This document shows positions 1 to 11,076 of a stretch of 64,000 nucleotides of DNA, piece by piece. Origin of the DNA: Rhynchopus sp. YZ270_cl-10 (Eukaryota); NCBI GenBank assembly GCA_964035575.1, contig OZ037846.1, forward strand, positions 124,001-188,000. Reading direction: 5' to 3'. Made by a program: the position numbers and the translations under genes. Position 1 is the first letter of the stretch, and every line of letters starts with the position of its first letter. The notes below the pieces were generated by a model that was not told the DNA's origin, did no database searches, and saw only the letters and a program-made list of their open reading frames with translations.

Positions 1-12
1 GGGGGATTGGGA

Positions 13-390
13 GTACAGTACAGTACAGTACAGTACAGTACAGTACAGTACAGTACAGTACAGTACAGTACAGTACAGTACAGTACAGTACAGTACAGTA
101 CAGTACAGTACAGTACAGTACAGTACAGTACAGTACAGTACAGTACAGTACAGTACAGTACAGTACAGTACAGTACAGTACAGTACAGTACAGTACAGTA
201 CAGTACAGTACAGTACAGTACAGTACAGTACAGTACAGTACAGTACAGTACAGTACAGTACAGTACAGTACAGTACAGTACAGTACAGTACAGTACAGTA
301 CAGTACAGTACAGTACAGTACAGTACAGTACAGTACAGTACAGTACAGTACAGTACAGTACAGTACAGTACAGTACAGTACAGTACAGTA
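13..390. repeat. (GTACA)n pentanucleotide tandem array, ~75 copies
   Basis: Perfect repeat read directly; the ORF at 7..477 is only its translation. Confidence 0.98.
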
Positions 391-978
391 CTGCAAACCC
401 AAAAAAATCACAAAACCTGCACTAGCGATTCACATAAATTCACAAAAGTTCACAAAAATTCACAAAAATTCACATAAATTCACAACACCTGCACAAAACC
501 TTCACATAAATTCACAAAAATTCACAAAACCTGCACTAGCGATTCACAAAAATTCACAAAAATTCACATTCATTCACAAAAGATCCCACACATGGTGTAT
601 CACGTGTGTTTTCGCCTCGTTGTGAATTTTTGTGAATGGCTGGTGAATAATCTGGAAAAAAAAGTCCCCAGATCACCCCAAAACGGAACAGAATTGTTTT
701 CTCGACTTTTTTTGAGACTTTTTTCTTTTCTTTTTTTGAATAATTGATAACCACGGTTCGGAAAAGTACTTTTTTAAAAAGTGATATTTTTTGGTCAAAA
801 AAAGTACTTTTTCACTTTTCGAAAAAAAAAGTACTTTTTTTTTTTCCATCAAAATTGTACAGGAAAAAAAAAAGTACTTGAAAAAATAAAAAGTACTTTT
901 TATTTTTCCATCAAAAATTGTACGGAGAGAAAAAATAAAAAGCACTTTTTTTTTTCTGTACAAAAAATTTAGAACACT

Positions 979-1507
979 TGGAGCGTTTTAGAGTCTGTAG
1001 GATGACGCCCGATGACGGCTGATGACGCCCGATGACGCACGATGACGGCCGATGACAGCACGATTACGTTTTTTCTTTTTTTGGGTACTGTGTATACTGT
1101 GTATACTGTGTATACTGTGTATACTGTGTATACTGTGTATACTGTGTATACTGTGTATACTGTGTATACTGTGTATACTGTGTATACTGTGTATACTGTG
1201 TATACTGTGTATACTGTGTATACTGTGTATACTGTGTATACTGTGTATACTGTGTATACTGTGATTTCTGTGGATGCTGTGTGTACTGTGTACTTGTCCA
1301 TTTCGGCAAATTGACCCCACCACTGGCCGGACGGATTCCGAAAATGCAAATGCCGGTGTTTAAAAGCGTCACCAACGAGGAAAAAAAAATTTCCCTAGCA
1401 CGATGATTCCCGATTATGCACGATTACTCAGGATTACGCACGATGACGCCCGATGACGGCCGATGACACCCGATTTAGCGCGATTCACCCCCCCGGAAAA
1501 CGCTCCA
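979..1507. mobile_element. Nested TIR element (TGGAGCGTTTT...AAAACGCTCCA) containing a (TACTGTGTA)n array
   Basis: 11-12 bp TIR. TSD is ACACT (or CAC if the TIR is one base longer). The uninterrupted host motif AGAACACTGG is on the minus strand near 35180. Confidence 0.75.
1086..1263. repeat. (TACTGTGTA)n 9-mer tandem array, ~20 copies
   Basis: Read directly. Confidence 0.97.
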
Positions 1508-1554
1508 ACACTGGAAAAAAAAAAGTACTTTTTATTTTTTTTCTCCGTACAATT

Positions 1555-2093
1555 CAGGGAAATAGCTTGGTTTTCCTCCAAAATCAGGAATTATGCGAAA
1601 ACGAAATTTTTTTTCCGCCCGGTCGAAAGCGGTCGTTGCGCTTCGCGCAAGCCTCCCTGAGTGGAGAGGCGAAAGGTCAATTTGCGATAACCAAAAACGG
1701 AATGTAGTCCCTTATTACGGAGCTTGGTCTTGCACCTTACGTTCCACTAACCGTATGGAAAAAAATAAATGGCGCCGCAGGCGAAAAACAAATAGGGTAC
1801 GGTGTAAAAATGCTGGTTTACAACCACAGTCACTCAACAAACCCTTTTTTGCAGAGCAAAAAAGGAAAATGGCGCCGCAGGCAAAAAAAAATTAAGGGGT
1901 ACGGCACATCTGCAAGCGCAGCGAGCGAAAATTTTAAGGTTCCATCATTCCAGTCATCTGGGAGATCTGGGGGTCCGCGGGCGAGGGGCCCCCAAAAGTG
2001 CCCAAAAATCCCCTCTTTTTTTTTTTTTTTTTCCCCCCAAAAATCCAGAATTATGCGATGTCGCATAATTCGGTATATGGAGCTATTTCCCTG
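1555..2093. mobile_element. hAT-like MITE, TIR CAGGGAAATAGC, 8-bp TSD GTACAATT
   Basis: TSD at 1547-1554 and 2094-2101. CAGGG termini with an 8-bp TSD are typical of hAT. Confidence 0.82.
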
Positions 2094-3099
2094 GTACAAT
2101 TTTTTGACGGGAAAAAAAAAAGTACTTTTTTTTTTTCAAGTACTTTTTTTTTTTGGAAAGTACTTTACTTTTGGGCAAAGTACTTTTCCGATCCGTGGAT
2201 AACGGTGTAGACACCTCGCATTTTTTTTTTCTCTTCGTGCGAGCTTCCACGCAGCCGTTCCTTGCCAATATCTCATTTCATGGATACCGTTACTACGTCC
2301 ACTACTTCCGCCTTAACTCCTCAAGGTAACAAACGGGGATCATTGGATGCCCAGGGGGTAAGGCCCCGAGATAGATTTGGGTCACATTTTATTTTTATCG
2401 ACAATCAATTTTTTTTTACACCAAGCCATAAGAGCTCTGGGGTATTCAAAGTTGTTTTATTTTATGTTGTGGGTTTCTGTAAAGACTGGTAAAAGAGATT
2501 GGAATAAATCGAGCGCTCCAACCAGTGGGTTTACCCCTTGACCTAAAAATCTAGAGTTTGTTTTTTTTTGTGGGGGGGGAAGAAGAAAAACGATATCAAA
2601 ATAACAGGCCTTTTGCTAACTTTGGGATTTTCCCCCTGAATGGCATGATGGTCAAAAAAAAAATAATTTCCTGGAAAAAAAGTACATTCCGAGCTTTCCC
2701 ACCTGGTAAAAGCGGTCGTCGCGCGCTTCGCGCGCGCCTCCCTGCCAGCCACAGGGCGGAGAGGCGAAGGGTCAGCTTTGCAAGCTAACAAAAACGGAAT
2801 CTAATCTTTTATTAACGGTGCTTGGTCTTGCGCCTTACGTACACTAACCGTACAAAATCAATACGTCTTCCAGAAGCAGGGGCTGTTGCAACGGTTGGGT
2901 CACTTTGAAATAACAATGGTCAAATTTTTGCAGCTTGGGTCAAGTTTCATTTCTGGCTGCAAAATGCAAGGGAATCCCCTTAGACATTGTAAAATGGCAC
3001 CGTAGGCAGGAAGAAAATAGCGCACAGCGCGAGCGAAGCGAGCGGGAATTTTTTTTGAGGTATACCTCCGCGAGCGCAGCGAGCAGAAAAATTTTAAGG

Positions 3100-3474
3100 T
3101 GCCATCATGCCATCACGCCATCATGCCATCATGCCATCATGCCATCATGCCATCATGCCATCATGCCATCATGCCATCATGCCATCATGCCATCATGCCA
3201 TCATGCCATCATGCCATCATGCCATCATGCCATCATGCCATCATGCCATCATGCCATCATGCCATCATGCCATCATGCCATCATGCCATCATGCCATCAT
3301 GCCATCATGCCATCATGCCATCATGCCATCATGCCATCATGCCATCATGCCATCATGCCATCATGCCATCATGCCATCATGCCATCATGCCATCATGCCA
3401 TCATGCCATCATGCCATCATGCCATCATGCCATCATGCCATCATGCCATCATGCCATCATGCCATCATGCCATC
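3100..3474. repeat. (GCCATCAT)n 8-mer tandem array, ~46 copies, within MITE-related sequence
   Basis: Read directly; flanks are homologous to 10585-10640 and 1915-1962. Confidence 0.97.
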
Positions 3475-5820
3475 TGGGGGGGAAATCCCCAGGTGATGGA
3501 TAGCGAAAGCCCTGCCCCACCACCCCCCGTGGCATGATGGTGGCATGATGGAAAAAAAAATAAAAAACGCCCAAAAACGTGGCACGATGGCATGATGGTT
3601 AGCAAAAGGCCTGTCAAAATAATCAAAAAAAAAAAAAAAAAAACACAAAAAAAGAAAAATATTATGGCCCAACAGCTATGTTCACCCACACGCGAAAAAC
3701 GGGAAACTGAAAAAAACGGGAAAGAGTTTGTTAGGTGTACTCTTCCACTTGTTGTTTCCACACACCTTCCTTCAACCCCTGCAGGATCAGTTGTTTTTCT
3801 TCTTCTCACAACCTGCAATAACACATTTCAAGAGAACAAATTAAAGTAGAGTTGAAATACAAAGCCCTCTCGTGAACAGTGTACCGGGGGGGTGGACACC
3901 CCCAACCATGCAGTCCTACAATCCATTTCGTGGTTTACATCTGAATTAAAAAGGGTCCTTATTTGCATTTTTTTTGACCACCCTGGGTGACCCTGCAAGG
4001 GGGTGAAGGAAGGGTTGTGGGAAAAAGTAAAAATCACTCTGAAGAAGTACCTCTCTGGCGGGTCAAGAGGTCGCAAAGAAGTTTGGAGGGACGAGAGAAG
4101 CAGTAAAAATACCTTCCAAGACTGTCCTTTGGTGAGTGATTTGTAAGAAAAGTCAAAAAAAAGAGGACAAAAAGTAAAAAAAAGGTTCTGTTTTTGTCTT
4201 GTACTTTGTCACTCCAAGACTGTCCTTTGGTGGGTGAGAGGGGATATTAATGGGGGGTGTTTCTCGACGCAGCAGAAGCTGACACACACAAAAAAAATAA
4301 AAAGAAGAAAAAAACTACCTCTCAACCCTCTCAAAATAACCAAAAAAAACGCATTTTCCCCCCCAGCAGCCATTTCCCATTGTTGTTGTTGTGTACAAGA
4401 GAGAGAAAAAAATGAAAAAGTTGAAATACAAAGCCCTCTCGCGGCAGTGTATCCGGCTGTACCGGAAAAGTTTTGAAAGTGCAAACGCCTCACCGTTTTC
4501 ATCGGCGGGCGCAGGGACACTGGGGAAAAAAAATAATATCATCACCCGTCAGTGTATTTGCCAGATGCTTTTCACAAAAAAGAAAATAAAATAAAAAATG
4601 CCACACTGCAACAGAAGAGAGAGAGAAAATCATTATACCCATCAGCCTCAGGCTGGTGTATATTCAGGGGGTACGGACAACCCACGGGGGAACCACGGAG
4701 AATCCGTTTGGGTGATCACACCACAAGCGTCTCTGTTGCTTCGTCACCTTCTACGTTTTTCTCAGGTGGAACGCTAGCTTCTCAGCCTCGTCGTGCTTTG
4801 AAAACTTAAGACGGTTGTACGTACACCCAACCTCTTTATTGAAAGACCTTGGTGGGTAAGCAGTCGACCGCCACGCCTCACCCCAATATCGCAAAGAACG
4901 AGGGGGGAACCAGAACAAGAGGAAGGTGGAGGAGCGTAATAGTAACAAAAAATGGAGGGGGGGAAAAAAAAAAGTTTATAAGATGACCCTAAGCCTCTCT
5001 GTGCTCAGTCAGTTTTAAAAATAATTGTGGAGTTGAAACACAAAAGACCTCTCGTGGAAAAACGTACCTGACCGGTAAACCGCCTTCGAGGTTTACCTTT
5101 GCATGTCGCCACACACACGTTTTACTCATCTCTGATGAACATCGTAGGGTATCGACGTTGAAATGTGCAAAACGCCTTATTGCCTTGTGACACTCACCGT
5201 ACATCAGACGCAGGGACACCGAAAGAACGTCCCGTTTATACAAAACAAAACATCGCCCTCGCGGAGGGGGGGGCGAGAGCCACGAAAAACCTACTAAAAA
5301 AAGGGAAAGGTTTCTTTTAAGATGACCCTAAGCCTCTCGTGTCTTAGTCCCCTTGAAAGAACGAACGCCATTTCATCGGCGGATGTAGGGGGGGGTACTG
5401 GTTCTCCGCGGGGTAATCGAGTCTCTCCGACTGAATAACAACAAACAACGCAAAAAAAAAAAAGCTGTTTTGTAGGTGGCAAGAAAATAGAAAAGAGAAA
5501 AAAAATACCACATCCCCCCCCAGGCCCCGTACCCGTGTTCCCTAATAACATTTTGTTAAAAAATCTATTTAAAAGCTTTTGTAGCTATTACACAAAAACT
5601 GTTGAAAGAAAAAAGGGAGGAAAAAAAAAAGGTTTTGTAAGATGATCCTAAGCCTCTCTTTTGAGCTTTTGTGTCACCTTGTTTCACAAATAAAATTTTG
5701 AAAAGATGGAGTTTTTTTTTTTTTTTGTTGTCTCGTAAAAATACCGAGACGAGCGTTTCTCACATCATCTAAAATCACCCTAAAGAACTACTACTTCACT
5801 CTCAAAACACGAAATAATTA

Positions 5821-6149
5821 CCGTAAAAATATTTATTCTGGGCCGGAACAAAACTGGAACACCCCAAAAAATCGTCGATTGTTCCAGTTTTGTTCCGTAC
5901 CAGCATTGTTTTGGGGGGTATCCGTGCCTTGTCAAAAAAAACGAGGAGTGCGACGAATTTTTTTTGCCCAAAGATGCACTATGCACCTGGGTGGGGTGGG
6001 AATGGGGATAAAAATTCTACCCCAACAGAACTGTTCTGGGCCGGAACAAAACTGGGACACCCCCAAAAACCCCAAGTGTTCCAGTTTTGTTCCGGTCCAG
6101 TATACTTCTGTCTCAGAATAGTTACAGCCCAGAATAAATATTTTTACGG
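5821..6149. mobile_element. MITE with TIR CCGTAAAAATATTTATTCTGGGC, TA-flanked (Tc1/mariner/pogo-like)
   Basis: 23-bp perfect TIR, TA on both sides, and an internal direct repeat (~5836-5900 vs ~6034-6095). Confidence 0.78.
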
Positions 6150-6245
6150 TAGATTCATTCAAAATATGAAGTATTTGTTACATGAACCTGAAACCCTCGT
6201 GTGTGTGTGTTTTTTTTTCCTTCTTTTTTTGGAAACTTTTAGAAA

Positions 6246-7705
6246 TCAACAGTCACTAAAGTTTGGTTTGCAAATGATCAAGACGATGATGAGGATCACG
6301 AACTGTGTGAGAGTTGTGGTGTTTGTTTTGTTATCATTATGCATTGTTCCATCCACCGCATACCAAGACCACGGCTACGATCATCGCAGTCATTTTCGCC
6401 TCTTGGCAGCACATGCGGCGTTTGAGGTCGCGTCCACGCTTCTTGAACTGCGAGCCTTCGTGCGCAAGCGTTTCGCTCTTTTGCACCATGCCCTCGAGCT
6501 TGTCCTGCCTGTCCAGCATCTTGTCCATGTTTTCCATCATGATGTCTTGGATCTCAGAGATTTGCCCCTGCACTGCCTTCGCCGCATCGTTGCGCGGGTC
6601 ATTTGCATACTCCATGTCCTTCTTGAGCGTCTCTTTGGCGTTGGGCCAGTCCTGGCTGGCGCCACGGAACTTCTGCTCGACTCTAGTCAACATATCGAAA
6701 GACTGGCGCACAGCAACGTCCTGGGTGCCTAGTAGTGTTGGAAAGGTGTGGTTTTGGGATGCTTGTGTGTTGAAGGGGGGCTTTTCCAGTGCTCAGGAGT
6801 TCCGGAGAAACGACAGTGTGGAATGTGTGGGAAGAGGAGGAGGAGGAGGAGGAGGGATCTGGCATACTCACACAGATGACGATAACATTTCTGCCGGTGG
6901 CAATGTAGTTTACATCCACACCCTGGGAGTCGTCGGTCAGCTTGGCGCGGTTGTACTGTAAGAGTGAGGGGGTGTGGGGTGGTGCGATGCCTAGTGAAGG
7001 CAATGCTTGCGCAGAAATGGCCAATAATAAGCAGACGTCGTCGTAGGGGTGCTCTGGTGGGAGCGTCCCCGGATGACTCTCACCAGCATCCCCTCCTGAG
7101 GTTCGTCATTTGTACTCGCTCAGTGTCACTCATATTTCGCTCATATCTACCGAATCAGGTAGGGGAGGTCGACTCGGGTAGGTGCTTGGCACAGGGATCG
7201 CAGCACACAACGCAACAGCCAAACACCACAGAAATGGTGACGTTGGGTTCCCCCCGGATGAAAGCAAGTACCCTGCGGCCAACAGATAAATAAAAGTGTA
7301 CTGCAGTGAGTGTGTGGGTACCTTGTTAAGACGTGCCTCCTTCTGTGCAAGACGTTGGCATATGTCGCTCAGCTGTGGATAGGCCTGAAGAAAGTGGTGG
7401 ATAAAGGTTTGGTTTTTTTTGTTTTGAAAATTTTGAAAACTGAGGAAAAGTTTATAAGATTTAGGCCCCTCAGCCTCTCGTGCTTTGTCACCTTGATCAC
7501 ATTCGTTATTGAGCATAAAAAAAGGTTAAACAGGTCTGTGTGAAAAAGGTTGCTGGGAAAGTCAAAAAAGTTGAGACCAGCCACCTCTCGCTATTTTTTT
7601 CTTCTCGCCCCGAAATATTTTTTGTTCATCTGATTGACATACTCCGACTGGGTACTCCCCTGCCTTCCTATCACCCTCGAAGATAGTCGCATAACGGATG
7701 GGCAT
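6246..7705 (-). CDS. Longin-domain R-SNARE (VAMP7/synaptobrevin-like), ~211 aa; exons 7705-7643, 7384-7322, 6955-6868, 6728-6364, 6302-6246
   Basis: R-SNARE coil VQGQISEIQDIMMENMDKMLDRQDKLEGMVQKSETL with zero-layer R and a C-terminal TM. Four GT..AG introns join the exons in frame (636 nt), from MPIRYATIF to CKPNFSDC-stop. Confidence 0.88.
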
Positions 7706-9150
7706 GTGTTGTGTTGTGTTGTGTGTGTTGTGTAAGTTCTAGAGTTCTATGTGCTGTATGGGTGACGTAGGTAGGTGACATAAGTAGCGTACCAACTAAA
7801 CAAAAGATGAAAATGTTTTTAGTCTATTATCGTACGGAGTTGCGAGTAGAATGTACAGCACGGCAGGAAGTAACGCTGAGGGGGTGAAAGGGGGAGGGGG
7901 AGGAGGGAATGACTAAAATGGGGTCACAACGTAGTTATGTCACCTTTTTTTTTTGGAACGTTTTGGTTTTCCCACAAAATTATCGAAGAAACAAAAAAAA
8001 AAAAATCCACACAAAAGAAACGCGAGTTTTAATAAGTGATTTTTTGTGAATAGTGTTGTTGGGGGCACCCGGATCTCCCCAGTTTATTGTTTTATCTTGT
8101 TCACAAACGGTGTGTGGTTTTGCCTGAAGTACAGAAAGTTCTCCAGCACAAAAAGAGAGGAAAAAGAAGCAGGGGTGCACAGACGGGCAACGTTTTCACG
8201 AGGGTCTCGAGCATTTTGCCAAACGACCTGTTAACTAAATAAAGGCGCTTGTTTTTTCCCATTACAAGAGCCGAAACAGAAAAGGTAAGAAAAGGGAAAG
8301 TCCTGAAGTGCAGATGAAGATGCGAGAGAAGCGAGAAGCACAAAAATGAGGGTGAAAACAGGGAATTTTGTAAGGGACTAGATATTTTTTTGCCAAACTG
8401 GTCCCCCCCCCTGGTATAATGAGAGAAGTGGGTACTGGCCGGGTTTGGCCAAGTCAGTTAAAGGTCGCTATGTCAGGTGCCCACCCTACGTAAACTAATC
8501 TGAGATACACACGCCTCACAAAGACCGCAACCCGAAGGAGTGATACTTAATGAGGACATGAGCACAACAGACTTCGCGCCTCGAGCGGATACGTATCCTC
8601 AGCAGTCTGAACCTGGCCAAACTAGTGTAAAACTGATTTGTGTGTGTTAGTCAGGCGATGCCGTTGCACATGGAACAGCCTTTGTGCCGCTTTATTTACG
8701 GAGGGGAACTGGGTACCGTGTGTGGGTTTGATTTGTCCTCAAAAGGTAAAAGGTAGTCAATAGCAACGACTGCACTGTTGAGTCTACAAAAGGGGAAAGG
8801 GAGGAAGTCGCAGGGAAAATGGGGGAGATATTACATGGTGGTGTGAGGCACGTCGTCAAAAAATATATTTTGCATTTCTTCGTTTCATCCAAAGTACCAC
8901 ATAGGGACACATGAAACTACAAATAGCACACACACAATGATTAATTACTTTTATGATTAAGAATCATGTCTTTTTTGAATGAAAAGCGTTGCCCATCTGT
9001 TTTGAAAAAAAAAATATCATCTACCTTACCTACCTTGACCCTACAGGGGGTTGCAGGAAGGGTGTATGTGGAAAACTCTTGAATTAAAAAGTGAAGTGGG
9101 CGCTGACACTCCGCGGTAGAAAAGAATTGAGAAAATCATGAATTTTTAAT

Positions 9151-9766
9151 CATGGGTAGTATCTGGATCCAGATTCCAGGTAATTCCAGAAAAATTCCAG
9201 GTATTCCAGATCTGGATTTTTTCTGGAATTAGGCTTTTTGCACTGTTGGTGACTGTGTGTATTTACGTATGTACCACGAATTTGTCCATTTTGGCAAAGT
9301 GACCCCACTACTGGACGGACGGATTCCAAAAAATGCAAATGCTGGTGTTTTTGGACGATGTATAATAGTATTTCCCGGCCAAAAAACCCACACAAATTAT
9401 AAAGTGGGACCCCCCACTGTCAAGGACATGTCGATCTTGGCCCCCTCCGGAACACCATGTGATGGAAATTCTAAGAAACCTTTCGTTTATTAGTCTTTGC
9501 CATTGTCGCTGAAGCGCTCACTCCCCTCTATCCCCGAGTTCTCTTCCTATTCACATTTGCACTGTGTAGAGAGAACAACAAAAACCATGGGGAGGAAACC
9601 AAACGCAACGACCACTTCCAGATCGGAATGTGCCTTTGTGTTGCGCGCAGATTTCTGCTTAAACCCACCTGGAATACACCTGGAATTACCTGGAAAAAAC
9701 CTGGAATTTCACGAAAAATCTGAGAAACCTGTAATCACCTGGAACTGGATCCAGATACTACCCATG
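9151..9766. mobile_element. MITE, TIR CATGGGTAGTATCTGGATCCAG, apparent 6-bp TSD TTTAAT
   Basis: 22-bp perfect TIR and subterminal CCTGGAA/TTCCAGG repeats; also present in the duplicated unit. Confidence 0.82.
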
Positions 9767-9935
9767 TTTAATTAAAAAAAAAAGGACTCGATAAGTTGTG
9801 GAGATTCGATACTGATGCAAAAACGAAACAAAACTTGGAACACGGATACTCAGATCTGCCAGATTTAGGAGTATTCGTGTTCCAACGTGTTGTAAAATAA
9901 CCCCCCTTTTTTTTTTTTGTTGCCTTCAATACAAC

Positions 9936-10759
9936 CAGGGCACTAGCTAGACTTTTTTTTTTCCGTTTTTTTGCGGTTTTGCGGTTTCAAAAAAAAAATT
10001 TCGCGCGGCGACAAACTAGAAGGGAAAACACACGAATGAGGGACGGGGAGATTTTGGGAAGGGGTTATTTACAGGGCATTTTTTACGGGGCTAAACCCGA
10101 CTGACCCCTGGTGTAATCTCCTGCCAACTTCATTGCATGTATCAGAATGCTTCTGTGCGTGAGCATGAGTTGCCGCATGGTCTGCACAGCTTCCGACGTT
10201 CGCACATACTCCCCCCAGTTTCCTGTTTGCTGTCAACCATTCTATCACATACTCCTCCATGTTCGCGGTGGCACGCCGGCTCACTAAGCTCTGACTTAAT
10301 CTCTCTGATCGTGGACCACCCCTCTACCTGAATCGATTGCATTTTCGGTTGCAAAATGCAACTGTCCAAATTGCAAGGGGATTCCCGAAGACATTGTAAA
10401 ATAATAAATGGCGCCGCAGGCAAAAAAAATTAGGGTACGGTGTAAAAATGCCGGTTTTACACCAGAGTCACTCAATAAACCCTTTTTTTGCGAAGCAAAA
10501 AAGGAAAATGGCGCCGCAGGCAAAAAAAATATGGGTTAACTCCGCGAGCGAAGCGAGCGGAAATTTTTTTGGGGTGTACTTCCGTGAGCGCAGCGAGCAG
10601 AAATAAATTAAGGTGCTATCATGCCAGTCATCTGGGGGTCGGGCGAGGGGGTCCGACAGTGCACAAAACCCCCCACATTTTTTTTTTCTTCTGCCCCGAG
10701 ATTTTCCGTTTTTTTTTTTTTTCCGCCAAACCGCAAAAAAGCACCTAGCTAGTGCCCTG
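9936..10759. mobile_element. hAT-like MITE, TIR CAGGGCACTAGCTAG, 8-bp TSD AATACAAC
   Basis: TSD at 9928-9935 and 10760-10767. The paralogous site at ~19347 is empty, with a single AATACAAC. Confidence 0.95.
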
Positions 10760-11076
10760 AATACAACCTCTGCCTTTTGGTTTCATGAAGGATTGTCAAC
10801 AATCAAAAACGAGTCACAATTCTGCTGGGTTCCACTGGTCGCCGTTTTACCTGGCAGAGTGGAAGCGGGGGATGTGTAACAGTGTACACACGGAAGGGGT
10901 GATGTGCGAGGTGGCTGTGCGCTGCACCATCTTTTAATGAACGATAAACTTAATACGAACGTTTATCGTTCATTAGTTTTCTCGGTTGCGGTGTATCGCT
11001 GTGCACACACACACACATGGGGCCATATTCTGAGCAAGAATTACCCCTACTAGTTATCAAACACACACACACACAC

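Larger units (their letters stand above)
752..2197. mobile_element. Non-autonomous TIR element (CACGGTTCGGAAAAGTACTTT...AAAGTACTTTTCCGATCCGTG), 6-bp TSD GATAAC, carrying two nested inserts
   Basis: TIRs at both ends; GATAAC at 746-751 and 2198-2203. The joined flanks resemble the uninterrupted repeat at ~14300-14365. Same TIR family as 22502..36273. Confidence 0.88.

Noticed and set aside
1..390. (GTACA)n as a telomere or CRISPR array
   Set aside because: No G-rich telomeric unit and no spacers; a simple satellite.
7..3537. ORFs with VQYST, TVY and MPSCHHAI repeats
   Set aside because: Stop-free translations of tandem arrays, open in several frames.
5890..6961. Plus-strand 280-aa and 215-aa ORFs
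   Set aside because: Antisense shadows of the VAMP gene; the same applies to ORFs opposite the CA, GH28, ankyrin and transposase genes.
7030..7290. GC-rich segment in VAMP intron 2 as an intronic ncRNA
   Set aside because: No recognisable tRNA or snoRNA box arrangement; would need an Rfam search.
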